Virus record (IMG/VR): IMGVR_UViG_3300049015_000087
Span: 1 to 43,048 of that record
Length of the DNA: 43,048 bases
Source of the DNA: a virus
Taxonomy: Duplodnaviria > Caudoviricetes
Reading direction: 5' to 3' (one strand)
The position numbers were made by a program, and so were the translations under genes. The notes under the pieces are model-generated. The model saw nothing but the letters and a program-made list of their open reading frames with translations, had not been told where the DNA came from and ran no database searches. Positions 8,215-17,484 of the stretch are shown here, piece by piece (the stretch's first letter is position 1; the number at the start of each line of letters is the position of its first letter).

Positions 8215-9007
8215 AGTAACCTTCATTCGCCGTAAGAATCGCGCCCTCTTCATGAGGAGCCACGCCAATGGACAGATACTGATCAATTGCATCGTTGTAC
8301 TTCGAGCCTAACGCTTGCTCTATTGCGCTATCAATCGCCATTAAATGATCGGTGGGACCCTTAACCATAAAACGGTACAAAATACCTTCCCCTTGCATAG
8401 CAAAAACATCTAGAGCTATATGTGGATGCCCGCTCATTGATTGAATTATTTTCGATGCAGTTTCAAGCCTTGCACTCACCTGATCGTCCGTAGCCCCGAT
8501 TTCATTCATTATTTCCGCGGCGGCCAGCAAATGCTGGCTTACTTCGCCACTCTGCTTCCCCGCTTTGACATATAAATCAGCAGCCATTGTAAACAGCCCC
8601 AAATGCATACAACCGTCTGCAACGCCTGCCAGCCCAGACTGATCCACGCCCTCAATGTCGATGCCGAGCAGCACTTCCTTGGACATCTTCAAGTCACCGC
8701 ATATATACAAGGCATGAGCTTTTGAGATAGACGCTGCAAGCGGCATCAGACCAGCCACAACCGCATCATCGAACAGCTGCATTGATATTTCTTTTTTGCC
8801 GAGGTACGCATAGAGATAGCCTTGCTCATGCAGAGCAATTGCAATAGTCGAATCCGTCTGGCGCGATGGAACGATCAGGTCGTCGAACTTTCTGATTAAT
8901 CTACGAACTTTCAGCTCATCAATGGCATGCCGGGCCGCGATTTCGCTCCACAAATCTCGCCTTTCGTTACTCAAATTGTTAACAACTGACTCAGGTTCGG
9001 GGCGCAT
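8201..9007 (-). CDS. TPR-like repeat protein with C-terminal alpha/beta domain
   Basis: Helical repeats (QGYLYAYLGK, KAHALYICGD, GCMHLGLFTMAADLY); coupled to the HEPN gene. Confidence 0.75.
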   Translation of the reverse strand: MRPEPESVVNNLSNERRDLWSEIAARHAIDELKVRRLIRKFDDLIVPSRQTDSTIAIALHEQGYLYAYLGKKEISMQLFDDAVVAGLMPLAASISKAHALYICGDLKMSKEVLLGIDIEGVDQSGLAGVADGCMHLGLFTMAADLYVKAGKQSGEVSQHLLAAAEIMNEIGATDDQVSARLETASKIIQSMSGHPHIALDVFAMQGEGILYRFMVKGPTDHLMAIDSAIEQALGSKYNDAIDQYLSIGVAPHEEGAILTANEGYYVSM

Positions 9008-9099
9008 GCAGCAACGCTCAACATAAAAATATAGCGTAGGGATATTCTAGCCTTTCGTCGATACTGGTTGGACATCCAATACTACCGATGCCTGAAGAA

Positions 9100-9939
9100 T
9101 CAGGCGTGTTCGGTCAAACCATGGCCTACCGAAAACGATGTTCGCGCTAGAGCTTTATGGGAGGCGGTACAAAGGATTTGCTCCCTGTGCCTCCAATAGC
9201 TTACCGTCACTTCAGACCAGTACCCGCCGTACACATCCCGCTTGCTGTCGCGGTTGTAGAGGTGATGAAGAATCGATCCGGGCGCCGGGTAGTGCTCTGG
9301 CTCAGTCCTCAGTACACCGTCGGCCAGGTATATCCCCGCATGGTTGGGCACCGGTGAACGGATCTGCATCAGCACGATGTCTCCATGCTGTGGTGCGGGT
9401 ACTTTTTCGAAGCCAGCCGCGGGCAAATTTTCGAGGTAGAGATTACCGCCCTTATCCCACCAACCGTCTTCCCGCTCATAGCTGCCAAGATCGATACCCA
9501 TCTCACGACGGTAAAAATCCAGGATGATGCTGAGACAATCATGCACACCGTGGACAAACTTGCGGCCAATCAGAGGTGCCTGATACCCAACCGGCGCGAA
9601 GCTCACCACATTCCCAGCTCGCACTACATCGTCATCTCCTTTTCGCACTTCGAGAATGTGCCAGGGCAAGCCCGACGCCTCGCAAGACACGCGATCAGCC
9701 TCACTCGGGGTGGCCGGGTAATCGGGGTGGCTGTGTACAACGGCGAGAATCTCTCCCCTGTCCTCAGCGGCTGCGTAATCCTCAGGCGCCAAGCGAAAAT
9801 GCTCGTTCGGCGTCGAAGCGATGTTGCGGCATGGAACGTAGATCTCCTTCCGACCTGCTCTCACCAACAGCCCACAGGCCTCGCGCGGATACTCACCGAT
9901 GGCGTGTGCCTCAATTGCCGCTCTGTTTGCTTTGTTCAT
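9100..9939 (-). CDS. Tail tip assembly protein K (JAB + NlpC/P60)
   Basis: YPREACG, VHSHP, PSEAD, DCLSII, NHAGIY, ILHH motifs; about 27 aa atypical C-terminal extension. Confidence 0.93.
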   Translation of the reverse strand: MNKANRAAIEAHAIGEYPREACGLLVRAGRKEIYVPCRNIASTPNEHFRLAPEDYAAAEDRGEILAVVHSHPDYPATPSEADRVSCEASGLPWHILEVRKGDDDVVRAGNVVSFAPVGYQAPLIGRKFVHGVHDCLSIILDFYRREMGIDLGSYEREDGWWDKGGNLYLENLPAAGFEKVPAPQHGDIVLMQIRSPVPNHAGIYLADGVLRTEPEHYPAPGSILHHLYNRDSKRDVYGGYWSEVTVSYWRHREQILCTASHKALARTSFSVGHGLTEHA

Positions 9940-9942
9940 AGA

Positions 9943-10626
9943 TCATGTCCGGAGCAGCCCCGCAGCGGGGAAAGAGCCATATGGGAGGGTGTTATTTTCG
10001 CCGAAACGTAGCTTGCAGCTAGTCAGGCGACCGCCGCACTTATCCTTGGCGGCGTCAGTGACGATGACATCGTTCTCGTCCGCGACGGGTGGCCCGTTGT
10101 AGCCGCAATATGGACCTCGGTACCCGCCACAGGAAAGCCACCAGCACACATTGGCTACGATCTGTCGTCGAGGCAGTTGAACTCCAGCGAAATCCAGGGC
10201 CGTCGCCAGTTCGAACTGGACGACTTCGTTGTCCTCGGCAGCCTTGCGCTCGACATACCAAATATCTGGTGGAAGTTCTTCCTCTGGGTCCGCTTCGGGC
10301 TGCCCATCGAGATACTTGCCCAAGGTTCGATGGCGAATCAGTTTCGCGCCGACGAGATCTTCGAAATACAAAACCAACGCTGTGATAAAGCCGCCAACGT
10401 TGCCCACGGAAAGAGTCGGCGTCGGTTGCGTCCCCTGCCCCGTCATCTCGAAGCCTTCAGCTTTGATCGGCCAAGGCGAATACTCTTTGCCCTGCCAAAA
10501 TATCGAGGACTGCTGTGGGTAGCCATGGAAGCGGTAAAGCTCAGCGCCCAGCATCGTTGCATCGAGCTCAAAAAGCTCCACCCAAGCGCCAGGCTCCAGC
10601 GTCTGGATATCAGCCGTAATCGGCAT
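9943..10626 (-). CDS. Minor tail protein L
   Basis: VELFELD, Y.PWPI, Cys cluster CWW...YRGPYCGY...DKCGG...SCKLRF. Confidence 0.95.
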   Translation of the reverse strand: MPITADIQTLEPGAWVELFELDATMLGAELYRFHGYPQQSSIFWQGKEYSPWPIKAEGFEMTGQGTQPTPTLSVGNVGGFITALVLYFEDLVGAKLIRHRTLGKYLDGQPEADPEEELPPDIWYVERKAAEDNEVVQFELATALDFAGVQLPRRQIVANVCWWLSCGGYRGPYCGYNGPPVADENDVIVTDAAKDKCGGRLTSCKLRFGENNTLPYGSFPAAGLLRT

Positions 10627-10666
10627 AGAGTGTCCTCAGGAAAAATTCAAATCAGGCGAGTGGAGA

Positions 10667-11041
10667 TCAGATGGGCCGTTTTGGGCGCTTTGCTTCGTCT
10701 GGGAAGTCAGGGTGCCCTTCCTTCCAGGCTCTGAGCGCGATTCGATAATCCCGCCATTGGCGATCTGTCCTAGGCAAGGCGGCAGGGTCAGAGTCTTCAA
10801 GCATCACGAGTTGTTCGGCCACAACGGCCATCTCGGACGATGCCCAATCCGCTTCCCTTTTCATCCGGATCTCTAACAGCGTCCTATTGGAGATAACCCA
10901 CTCGCCTTTCTCCGATGCGGTGTAAAGCAGGGTGTTTTTGTCATCGGGACGCTGACCAGTCATTTGAATCCAACCATTAGGGCAGTCCCCACCCACCTGT
11001 TGAAAATTGCTGCCAATCTCAGCGTAAACGCACAAGGTCAT
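10667..11041 (-). CDS. Tail fibre assembly/chaperone protein
   Basis: Start coupled to fibre stop; QWRDYRIALRAW...FP...RP motif. Confidence 0.75.
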   Translation of the reverse strand: MTLCVYAEIGSNFQQVGGDCPNGWIQMTGQRPDDKNTLLYTASEKGEWVISNRTLLEIRMKREADWASSEMAVVAEQLVMLEDSDPAALPRTDRQWRDYRIALRAWKEGHPDFPDEAKRPKRPI

Positions 11042-12393
11042 GCGTGGACTCTCCAGACTTTTAAGCGACAAGTAGCGGACGTCAATCCTGTGGCTGTTTG
11101 TCCAAAGGGGTCGCCACTGGCGTTGGATGTGTAGCTCACTCGGGTAGCCCCCGTCTGAACGACCAAGGTGTTCAAGTCCAGTTGTGAGCCCTTGGTGCCG
11201 TAGCCACCAGAGCTGTAGAACCAACCAGCATCGCCCCACTTGCCTCCTATCAGGATCTCCGCCTGTACGATCACCTCGTGCCCAGGGAACGGGTTGGCTA
11301 CCGTGTAACGGCTGTTGATTGTCACCGTTGCGGGAGCTGCTTCTGTTCCGCCGTTCGGGTAGGCATAGGCAAATCCCACAGTCGCGTCAGTGATGGTCAA
11401 TCTCCAATCGCTCCAGGCAGCTACGTACCTGGACCGCACGTATTGCTCACTAGTGTTGTACACGGTGTACGTCTGGGTGGTGATGCTACTTCCGAGCTGC
11501 ACGCTGATAAGTGATCCTGCGGCTGCGACAGGGTAATTCAGGGCCAACGTCGCGTTAGCGTTCGCCTGCTGCATGTAGAAGCCTGTGGCCTGAATATTGT
11601 TAAGGTTCGTCCCGGTAGGAAGGTTGATCGCTGAGTTGATCCCAAGCGCAGCTTGAGCGGCTGCGAGCGTAGTCGCCCCTGTACCGCCCTGGGAAATCGA
11701 GAGCGCCGTGGTTAGTCCTGATAACGAGGTGATATCGCTATTGGCCCCTTTCGCGGCCTTATTCCCGAGCGAGGCTACTGCATCGCTGATTTGCCGTTGC
11801 AGCTTTCCTATGGCGGCAAGGATAGTGTCTGTTGCAGCCACCACAGCCGGGTTTGTCGTGAGAAGTCCGGTGAGCACGCTCGCAACGGTTCTGGCATTGG
11901 TCCAATATTTATTGACGCTACCCTCCGGGACGGCATCAGTCGAGCCGGGCGATGCGGAGAGGAGAATGTATTGGGTGCCGCTCCAGCGGTACTGATCATT
12001 GGAGTCAGCGGCGACATAGATTTTCCCTGTTTCGCCTGTAGCTGGAAAAGCGGACTCGCTTTCGAACTCCAGTACATCATCGACGTAACTGGGCAACTGA
12101 CTGGCAGGGACGGTGCCGCTGTCATCCAAAGTGGCAATCCCATTGGGTTGTCCCTTTTCGGCAGCGATTGCGTCAGCCTTCGCCTGGGCTGCGTCAGCTC
12201 TGGCTTTGGCGTCCGTTGCTGCTTCCCCAGCGAGCGAGGCTGTCTCACCCGCTTTATCAGCGGCCAGCTGTGCAGCAGTTGTCCGAACATCGAGTTCTGC
12301 AAAATTGGAATTGATGGTCTCCCCACCCGAGCGGAGACTCTGACCTGCCCCGTCGTTAGCGCCTCCACCGATGTTGATCGGGACAATGCTCAT
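11038..12393 (-). CDS. Side tail fibre protein
   Basis: N-terminal INIG...DG.G..LR.GG..IN.NF.EL, coiled coil, GIATLD...VPASQLPSYVDDV, KGANSDITSL and knob-like segments. Confidence 0.85.
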   Translation of the reverse strand: MSIVPINIGGGANDGAGQSLRSGGETINSNFAELDVRTTAAQLAADKAGETASLAGEAATDAKARADAAQAKADAIAAEKGQPNGIATLDDSGTVPASQLPSYVDDVLEFESESAFPATGETGKIYVAADSNDQYRWSGTQYILLSASPGSTDAVPEGSVNKYWTNARTVASVLTGLLTTNPAVVAATDTILAAIGKLQRQISDAVASLGNKAAKGANSDITSLSGLTTALSISQGGTGATTLAAAQAALGINSAINLPTGTNLNNIQATGFYMQQANANATLALNYPVAAAGSLISVQLGSSITTQTYTVYNTSEQYVRSRYVAAWSDWRLTITDATVGFAYAYPNGGTEAAPATVTINSRYTVANPFPGHEVIVQAEILIGGKWGDAGWFYSSGGYGTKGSQLDLNTLVVQTGATRVSYTSNASGDPFGQTATGLTSATCRLKVWRVHA

Positions 12394-12722
12394 GGGTGAA
12401 ATGCCTGTTCAAAAGTTGCGGCCAACCGGTAAACACCACCGCCTGCATGCCGAGGTTGATACTCGCTGCACCGGACCAGCAATGACTCCCCGAAAGGCTC
12501 CGTCCAGCTAAAAGCCGTAGCGCCTTTATGCGCATCCAGGAATGCCCTGATCTCAGCGATCCGTGACTTTGGTCCGGTGAATGTCAGCGGCCAAGACTGG
12601 GTTTTATTGTTCATCCCGTCCTCAGCGACCTGCTCGTATCCGTCGCCAAATTTTGCTGACTTGCGGCGAAAACTCACCGTACCGGAAGGCTCTTTATCCG
12701 GAGCCCAGGTGAAAGTTTCCAT
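12390..12722 (-). CDS. Minor tail protein M (distal tail)
   Basis: METFTW, FGDGYEQ, FLDAHKG..AF.W, ATFEQ. Confidence 0.93.
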   Translation of the reverse strand: METFTWAPDKEPSGTVSFRRKSAKFGDGYEQVAEDGMNNKTQSWPLTFTGPKSRIAEIRAFLDAHKGATAFSWTEPFGESLLVRCSEYQPRHAGGGVYRLAATFEQAFHP

Positions 12723-12735
12723 GCGGTATGTTCCT

Positions 12736-12760
12736 AAAAAAAAAACCCGCCGAAGCGGGG
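12736..12760 (-). terminator. Terminator after tape measure
   Basis: CCCGC-ttcg-GCGGG followed by T10 on the minus strand. Confidence 0.75.
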
Positions 12761-12761
12761 A

Positions 12762-15728
12762 TTACCGTTTGTTGATGGCTTGCCAGATTTGGCCGCCAGG
12801 CCTCAAATCGCGAGCAATTTGCTCTTGAGCGCCCTGCTTGGCCGCCCGGGCGTAAGCTTGGGCAACGGCCTGACTGGTGGTCTCATCAGTGCCTCCAGCA
12901 CCCTGCCCATCCGGCACGGCGATGTTCTGCTGAATTACCACTTGGTTGGTGCTGGAACTCTGGCCGCGACCTACCGCCATCACGGCGAGCTTGCCACCTG
13001 CTGTCCTAGTCAGCGGCATGATTGCCTCCGGCCCGGCTTCACCCATGATTCCGGTCTCTCCGCCAGCCATACCGAAGGCGGTCGGCTTGCTGACTACCGA
13101 ATTGGTGAAAGCCCCACCGTCGGCAAACATCTGCACGCCGCCAGCCCACGCACCGCCCTTGGCCTGAATGCTTCCCGGAGTGAAGCCCGACAAATCGCCG
13201 GAGTAACCAGCCTGCGTCGAGCCGGCAGAAGCAGGGCTGCCGAAATAGGAGCCAACAGCGGATGCAGCGATGCCAAACAACGAGCTGAGCGCGGATGACG
13301 TAGCCGCTCTGGCAGCCATACGAGCCATGTCGGCCAATACCGACTTTGCGAAATCCGAGAACGACAGCTTCCCGGTCATCGCAAAGCTGACCAAAGCATC
13401 TTCCATGGAGCTAAAAGCATTGGTGAATAGGCTTTTGGTTTGTCCAGCCACATCACGCGCGCTGTCCAGATAGTTGCTGAACGCAGACGTTGCGCCGTTT
13501 CTCCAGTTTCCCTGAGCTTCAGACAACTGCTCGTAGTTGCTGAGCACGGTTTCGCTCATCTCCCGTTCGCTTCGGTTGATCGCGTCCAGCTTGGCTCTGT
13601 ATTCCTCAGCGCTCATGTTTCGCGCCTGGTCGGCCTTGTCTCGAGCCAGATCTAACCGTTGCTGATTCGCACGATCAGCGATGCCGTTCAGCTCGCTATT
13701 GATCGCATTTTGGCGGTCGCCAAGCCCGACTCCGTCTGCGGCACGGCTTCCAGCACGGCGCAGGGCAGCGTTCTGCTGATCCAACGCGTCGGTATAGGAT
13801 TTGACGGCCTGGGCCTGCTTCGCAAGCCTCCCCTGCTCATTCGTTGCGATCACCTCAAGCTCGCTGTCAGCCTCCTTTTGCGCCTTGATCATGCTGGCTT
13901 TGGCATCGGCGATTTTTTGGTCCAACTGAATGCGCTGGGCGGCTGTGGTGCTGGCTTGGCTCTTCGATGCCTCGAGAGCTGCGATCTCCGCCTGGTAAGC
14001 TGCGGTTACCTCATCCCGCTCATTGCCGATAAGGGCTCTACGTTTGAGGAGATAGTCTTCCTGTGTGAGCAGGCCGGCTTTCTGCGCTGCTTCCAGCTCC
14101 CTCTGAGCGCTCTTGTATTCGCTGAGGATCAGCGTTAGCTGATTTTTTGAGTCGTTGAAGTCGGTGAGGTTGATGGACGACGTCGCGGTTTTCGGGTCTT
14201 TGTTCCGGTCCCGGATGTTCTGGATTGTCTTCGCGACGACAGCTTCCTGAACCAGCGGATCCTCGGGGTTTGCCCTGCGCAGCGCCTCGACCTCCCGCTT
14301 GTACTCCTTGATAAGGTCGTTGCGCTTCTCCTCGCTGGAAAGGCTGGAGTCGCTGATGGCCTTCACGCGGATTCTCGCGTCGATGCCTTCACGCTGTCTC
14401 TGTGCGCTCAACCCCTGAGCTTTGGCGATGGCGTCCTGGGTGTTCTTCTGCTGGATGAGAAATTCCAGTTCCAGCTTTGAATTGGTCAGCTTGGCCTGGG
14501 CATCGGTGTCGTCCGGCATGCCATTTAGGGCACTCTGGGCCGCCGCCACACGTTGCTGCGCTTCGGTGATCTGGCTAGCCAGGGTCTGATCACGCCCGAT
14601 GTTTTTTATGGCATCAGCCGTGGCCGAGATTTCTCCCTTTAGGCTTTTCCACCCACGCTCCCAGATTGAGAGATTTTCCGTGACCTCACTGCTGCGATTC
14701 TTGATGGTATCGACATAGGTGTCGGTCAGCAGTTTGGCCGCGCCGATAGTGTCGCCCTGCTCTTTCAGCGCAACGATTTGCGCATACGTCGTTGCCGTCA
14801 GGAAGTTGTATTGATCGTTGAGCTCTTTCGCGGCTGCGACTGGGTCTTTTCCGATCTTCACGAACTCGGCGATCGTTTCCTCCACCGCCCGGCCAGTGGT
14901 CTTTTCCATCTCCAGCGCCGCGGTCGCAACCCCTTCAAAACTGCTGCTCGCAATCTTGCCGCTGCTAGCAAGCTTTGCCAGTACCTCCGACGCTGCGCCA
15001 GTTGTGCCGACGGTTGCGGCCACCTGTTGCGCCATGTTGGACAGAGCGTCAGCCGAAGTGCCCGCAGCGTTTCCGGTAAGGATGATCGATTTCTGAAACT
15101 CGACCGCCTCTTCACTGCCTGAAACGAAGGCGTATCCGAGGGTAGCAACAGCCGCAGCGGCAACCGTGAAGGGATTAACAAGGCCAAGGATGTATCCGCC
15201 TAGGGCTCGCGCGGCAGGACCAATGCCGCCGAACATATCCTTGAGTTGGCCGCCTTGCTGGAGCAGAACAGTCATCGGAGACTGACCGCCCTGGAGCGAC
15301 ACGACGATATCAGTGAATTGAGCAGGAACTCCACGCAACGCGGCAGCCGTCTGCTTAGCCGTGTTACCGGTGCGAGTCAGCGAGTCTTCGAAGCCCCCGA
15401 GGCTCGCCCGAGACTGCTCAATTTTGGCCTGATACTCGCTAAAGGTAGCTGCATCGAGCGCGCCGAGCTTCTTCTGCTTCGCTAGCCTGCTTTCAAGCTC
15501 GTCAAGCCGCCCTAGGGCCTTTACCGTCGGATCAATCTCGCCGAGGAGCTCGCTCAGCTCATCCTTCTGCTTCTTGATCGATTCCGATGCCTTGTCCGCG
15601 CCCTTGGCAACACCCTCAGCGGCTTTTTCTGCGCGGGCACCCGCAGCGGTGAGCTTATCGAGATCGGAGCTCGCTTGCGCAGCATCAGTCGAATCAACCT
15701 TGATGCCGAGTTCAGCAATAGAAGTCAT
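12762..15728 (-). CDS. Tail tape measure protein
   Basis: 988 aa Ala-rich coiled coil; PAQFTDI...QQGGQLKD and MGEAGPEAIMPL motifs. Confidence 0.95.
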   Translation of the reverse strand: MTSIAELGIKVDSTDAAQASSDLDKLTAAGARAEKAAEGVAKGADKASESIKKQKDELSELLGEIDPTVKALGRLDELESRLAKQKKLGALDAATFSEYQAKIEQSRASLGGFEDSLTRTGNTAKQTAAALRGVPAQFTDIVVSLQGGQSPMTVLLQQGGQLKDMFGGIGPAARALGGYILGLVNPFTVAAAAVATLGYAFVSGSEEAVEFQKSIILTGNAAGTSADALSNMAQQVAATVGTTGAASEVLAKLASSGKIASSSFEGVATAALEMEKTTGRAVEETIAEFVKIGKDPVAAAKELNDQYNFLTATTYAQIVALKEQGDTIGAAKLLTDTYVDTIKNRSSEVTENLSIWERGWKSLKGEISATADAIKNIGRDQTLASQITEAQQRVAAAQSALNGMPDDTDAQAKLTNSKLELEFLIQQKNTQDAIAKAQGLSAQRQREGIDARIRVKAISDSSLSSEEKRNDLIKEYKREVEALRRANPEDPLVQEAVVAKTIQNIRDRNKDPKTATSSINLTDFNDSKNQLTLILSEYKSAQRELEAAQKAGLLTQEDYLLKRRALIGNERDEVTAAYQAEIAALEASKSQASTTAAQRIQLDQKIADAKASMIKAQKEADSELEVIATNEQGRLAKQAQAVKSYTDALDQQNAALRRAGSRAADGVGLGDRQNAINSELNGIADRANQQRLDLARDKADQARNMSAEEYRAKLDAINRSEREMSETVLSNYEQLSEAQGNWRNGATSAFSNYLDSARDVAGQTKSLFTNAFSSMEDALVSFAMTGKLSFSDFAKSVLADMARMAARAATSSALSSLFGIAASAVGSYFGSPASAGSTQAGYSGDLSGFTPGSIQAKGGAWAGGVQMFADGGAFTNSVVSKPTAFGMAGGETGIMGEAGPEAIMPLTRTAGGKLAVMAVGRGQSSSTNQVVIQQNIAVPDGQGAGGTDETTSQAVAQAYARAAKQGAQEQIARDLRPGGQIWQAINKR

Positions 15729-15738
15729 TCAGGCTCCG

Positions 15739-16032
15739 TTATTTCGATTCGCTCATCACGAGCATGGCTTCTGCTTCCATGACACGGATGTCCTGGAAGG
15801 CTTCTGATAATTCGCGCCGCGTTATGCCCAGCATGCTTGCCACTGGCGGGAGTGCGCTGTAGTCCAAGCCAGAGGCTCCGCCCATTCCCGTTCGCCACTG
15901 AGTCGACATTGCCTCGAACAGCAGGAAAGCCCGCCAGTTGTCCGGCCAAACCTCGTATTCAGTCTCGGGAATGTCGTCTAACGTCATGCCGAAGGCTGCT
16001 AGGGCTGCCTCGGATGGCCCCGGTTCGTACAT
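15739..16032 (-). CDS. Tail assembly chaperone T part (probably made as a G-T fusion)
   Basis: VWPDNW, MSTQWRTG, GLDY, IRVMEAEA; in the -1 frame of the upstream gene. Confidence 0.85.
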   Translation of the reverse strand: MYEPGPSEAALAAFGMTLDDIPETEYEVWPDNWRAFLLFEAMSTQWRTGMGGASGLDYSALPPVASMLGITRRELSEAFQDIRVMEAEAMLVMSESK

Positions 16033-16049
16033 GACGCGAGCGGCGCCGG

Positions 16050-16433
16050 TCAGTTTCCCAGGCGGGCCGACTGATAGGCGTTTTGGTAGGCAGAAAGCAC
16101 TGCCTGCGGCGCGCCAACGCAGGTGGTGACAAGCGCTGTCAGCGACTCATCTGACAGCTTCTCGTCAAAGGCCCAATTGGCAATGATGTCCTTGAGCTGG
16201 CCGACCTGGATGTCTATTTCTGCCACCGTGGCCTCATGCCAAGAGAGACCGTCCTCCTGGACCTTCTTCGCATGATCCTCACGGACGGCGTTCCACTTGT
16301 CGAAGTGAGCAGCCAGGGCCAGGCGATCCAGGTACTTAAATTCGAACTCAACGCTGACCGGATCAGCGCCCACGCGCGGGATGGCGACCTTCGTTTTGAA
16401 GGTCGGGTTTTGAGCAATCTTGATCTTCGCCAT
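16050..16433 (-). CDS. Tail assembly chaperone G
   Basis: Between tube and tape measure; ends ARLGN at slippery site. Confidence 0.88.
   Translation of the reverse strand: MAKIKIAQNPTFKTKVAIPRVGADPVSVEFEFKYLDRLALAAHFDKWNAVREDHAKKVQEDGLSWHEATVAEIDIQVGQLKDIIANWAFDEKLSDESLTALVTTCVGAPQAVLSAYQNAYQSARLGN
16053..16059 (-). promoter_or_regulatory. Programmed -1 frameshift site G GGA AAC
   Basis: X XXY YYZ heptamer just before the G stop; -1 frame reads KLTGAARV into MYEP of T with no stop. Confidence 0.85.
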
Positions 16434-16436
16434 GAC

Positions 16437-17090
16437 TTACACCGCCGCAGCGTATCGGGTTGGGCGAGCGGCCAGAGACAGCGTGACAGTCCGGGTCATG
16501 ATGCTGTTCCGGGACAATGTAGGAGTAGACGTGATCGAGACGTATGCGTGGTAGTAGATGACGGAGCCATTGGGCAGAGTCAGCCGCACAACGCGAGGCT
16601 CGCGATCTTCATCAGCCGCCTCACAAACCGCAACGTAAGGAAGCGATGGGTCATCAGCAACGGTGATAGCCATGCTGATCGGAGACTTCGTTGTCGGCAG
16701 TTGACGGTCGTCCGACTCTTCAAGGAAGCCGAAGGTGGTGAACTGCTGTTCACCACCAGAGCTGTTGCTGTCGGTAACTTGGCTGATTTGCGCCCAACCA
16801 CTCGCAGCACGGACAGCCCCTGCCCCCGCTCCAGCGGTATAGACCGTGGTGTTGGTGGTGTTGACGCCTTCCAGTTCGAACGAGCCGGCATCAGAACCGG
16901 CGACACGAACAACCTTATCGTTCAGGCGAGTCCAACCCGAAGTCACCACCAAAATGTCGCCATTCGACAGGCCGTGCGCAGCGGCATTTGCCACCGCAGG
17001 GTTAGCGTTACTGATGGCGGTCACTGGAGTCGGTGGGCTGAATGTGGCAGCAATTTCAAGGATGGAGCCGTTGGGGAGAATGGCGCTCAT
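16437..17090 (-). CDS. Major tail (tube) protein
   Basis: LPNGS, ISNANPAV, SGWTRLN, GGEQQF motifs; position upstream of chaperones. Confidence 0.9.
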   Translation of the reverse strand: MSAILPNGSILEIAATFSPPTPVTAISNANPAVANAAAHGLSNGDILVVTSGWTRLNDKVVRVAGSDAGSFELEGVNTTNTTVYTAGAGAGAVRAASGWAQISQVTDSNSSGGEQQFTTFGFLEESDDRQLPTTKSPISMAITVADDPSLPYVAVCEAADEDREPRVVRLTLPNGSVIYYHAYVSITSTPTLSRNSIMTRTVTLSLAARPTRYAAAV

Positions 17091-17173
17091 GTATTTCCCT
17101 CTGTTTAGAAATGACAAAACCCGCTCAATGGCGGGTTCAGGGTTTGCCCAACGGGCGAATTTTGGATGGACTG

Positions 17174-17434
17174 CTACTCAGGAATTCGACAGCTCTCGTA
17201 TTCCTCAAGGGGCAGTCCTGATGCGGAGCCAACGACGACACCGGTCAGCCCACAATGAGGACAACAGGCATGTTTCTCGTTGTGCCACTTCGCGATTTGG
17301 TCCGGTTTCGACCATTGGCCGCAGGCGCTGCAAATGCATTTTTCGCTAGCGTTGATCTCCTCACGGTTGCTCCAACCATGATCGTCGGCTGACTCATCCA
17401 GCCACTGTAGGCGCGCCTTCGTTGCATCATCCAT
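17174..17434 (-). CDS. Small zinc-ribbon moron protein
   Basis: CICSAC...CCPHCG; TAGAAT -10-like element upstream and terminator at 17116-17138. Confidence 0.7.
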   Translation of the reverse strand: MDDATKARLQWLDESADDHGWSNREEINASEKCICSACGQWSKPDQIAKWHNEKHACCPHCGLTGVVVGSASGLPLEEYESCRIPE

Positions 17435-17484
17435 GGAGGAGTCCGATTACGTCTGTTCAGGAATCGATTCTAGCGCGACGTCGC

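Noticed and set aside
2943-12393. Diversity-generating retroelement or invertible fibre cassette
   Set aside because: No reverse transcriptase, invertase, duplicated variable region or flanking inverted repeats seen
16236-17108. 290 aa plus-strand ORF opposite tail tube/chaperone
   Set aside because: Antisense shadow typical of GC-rich coding DNA
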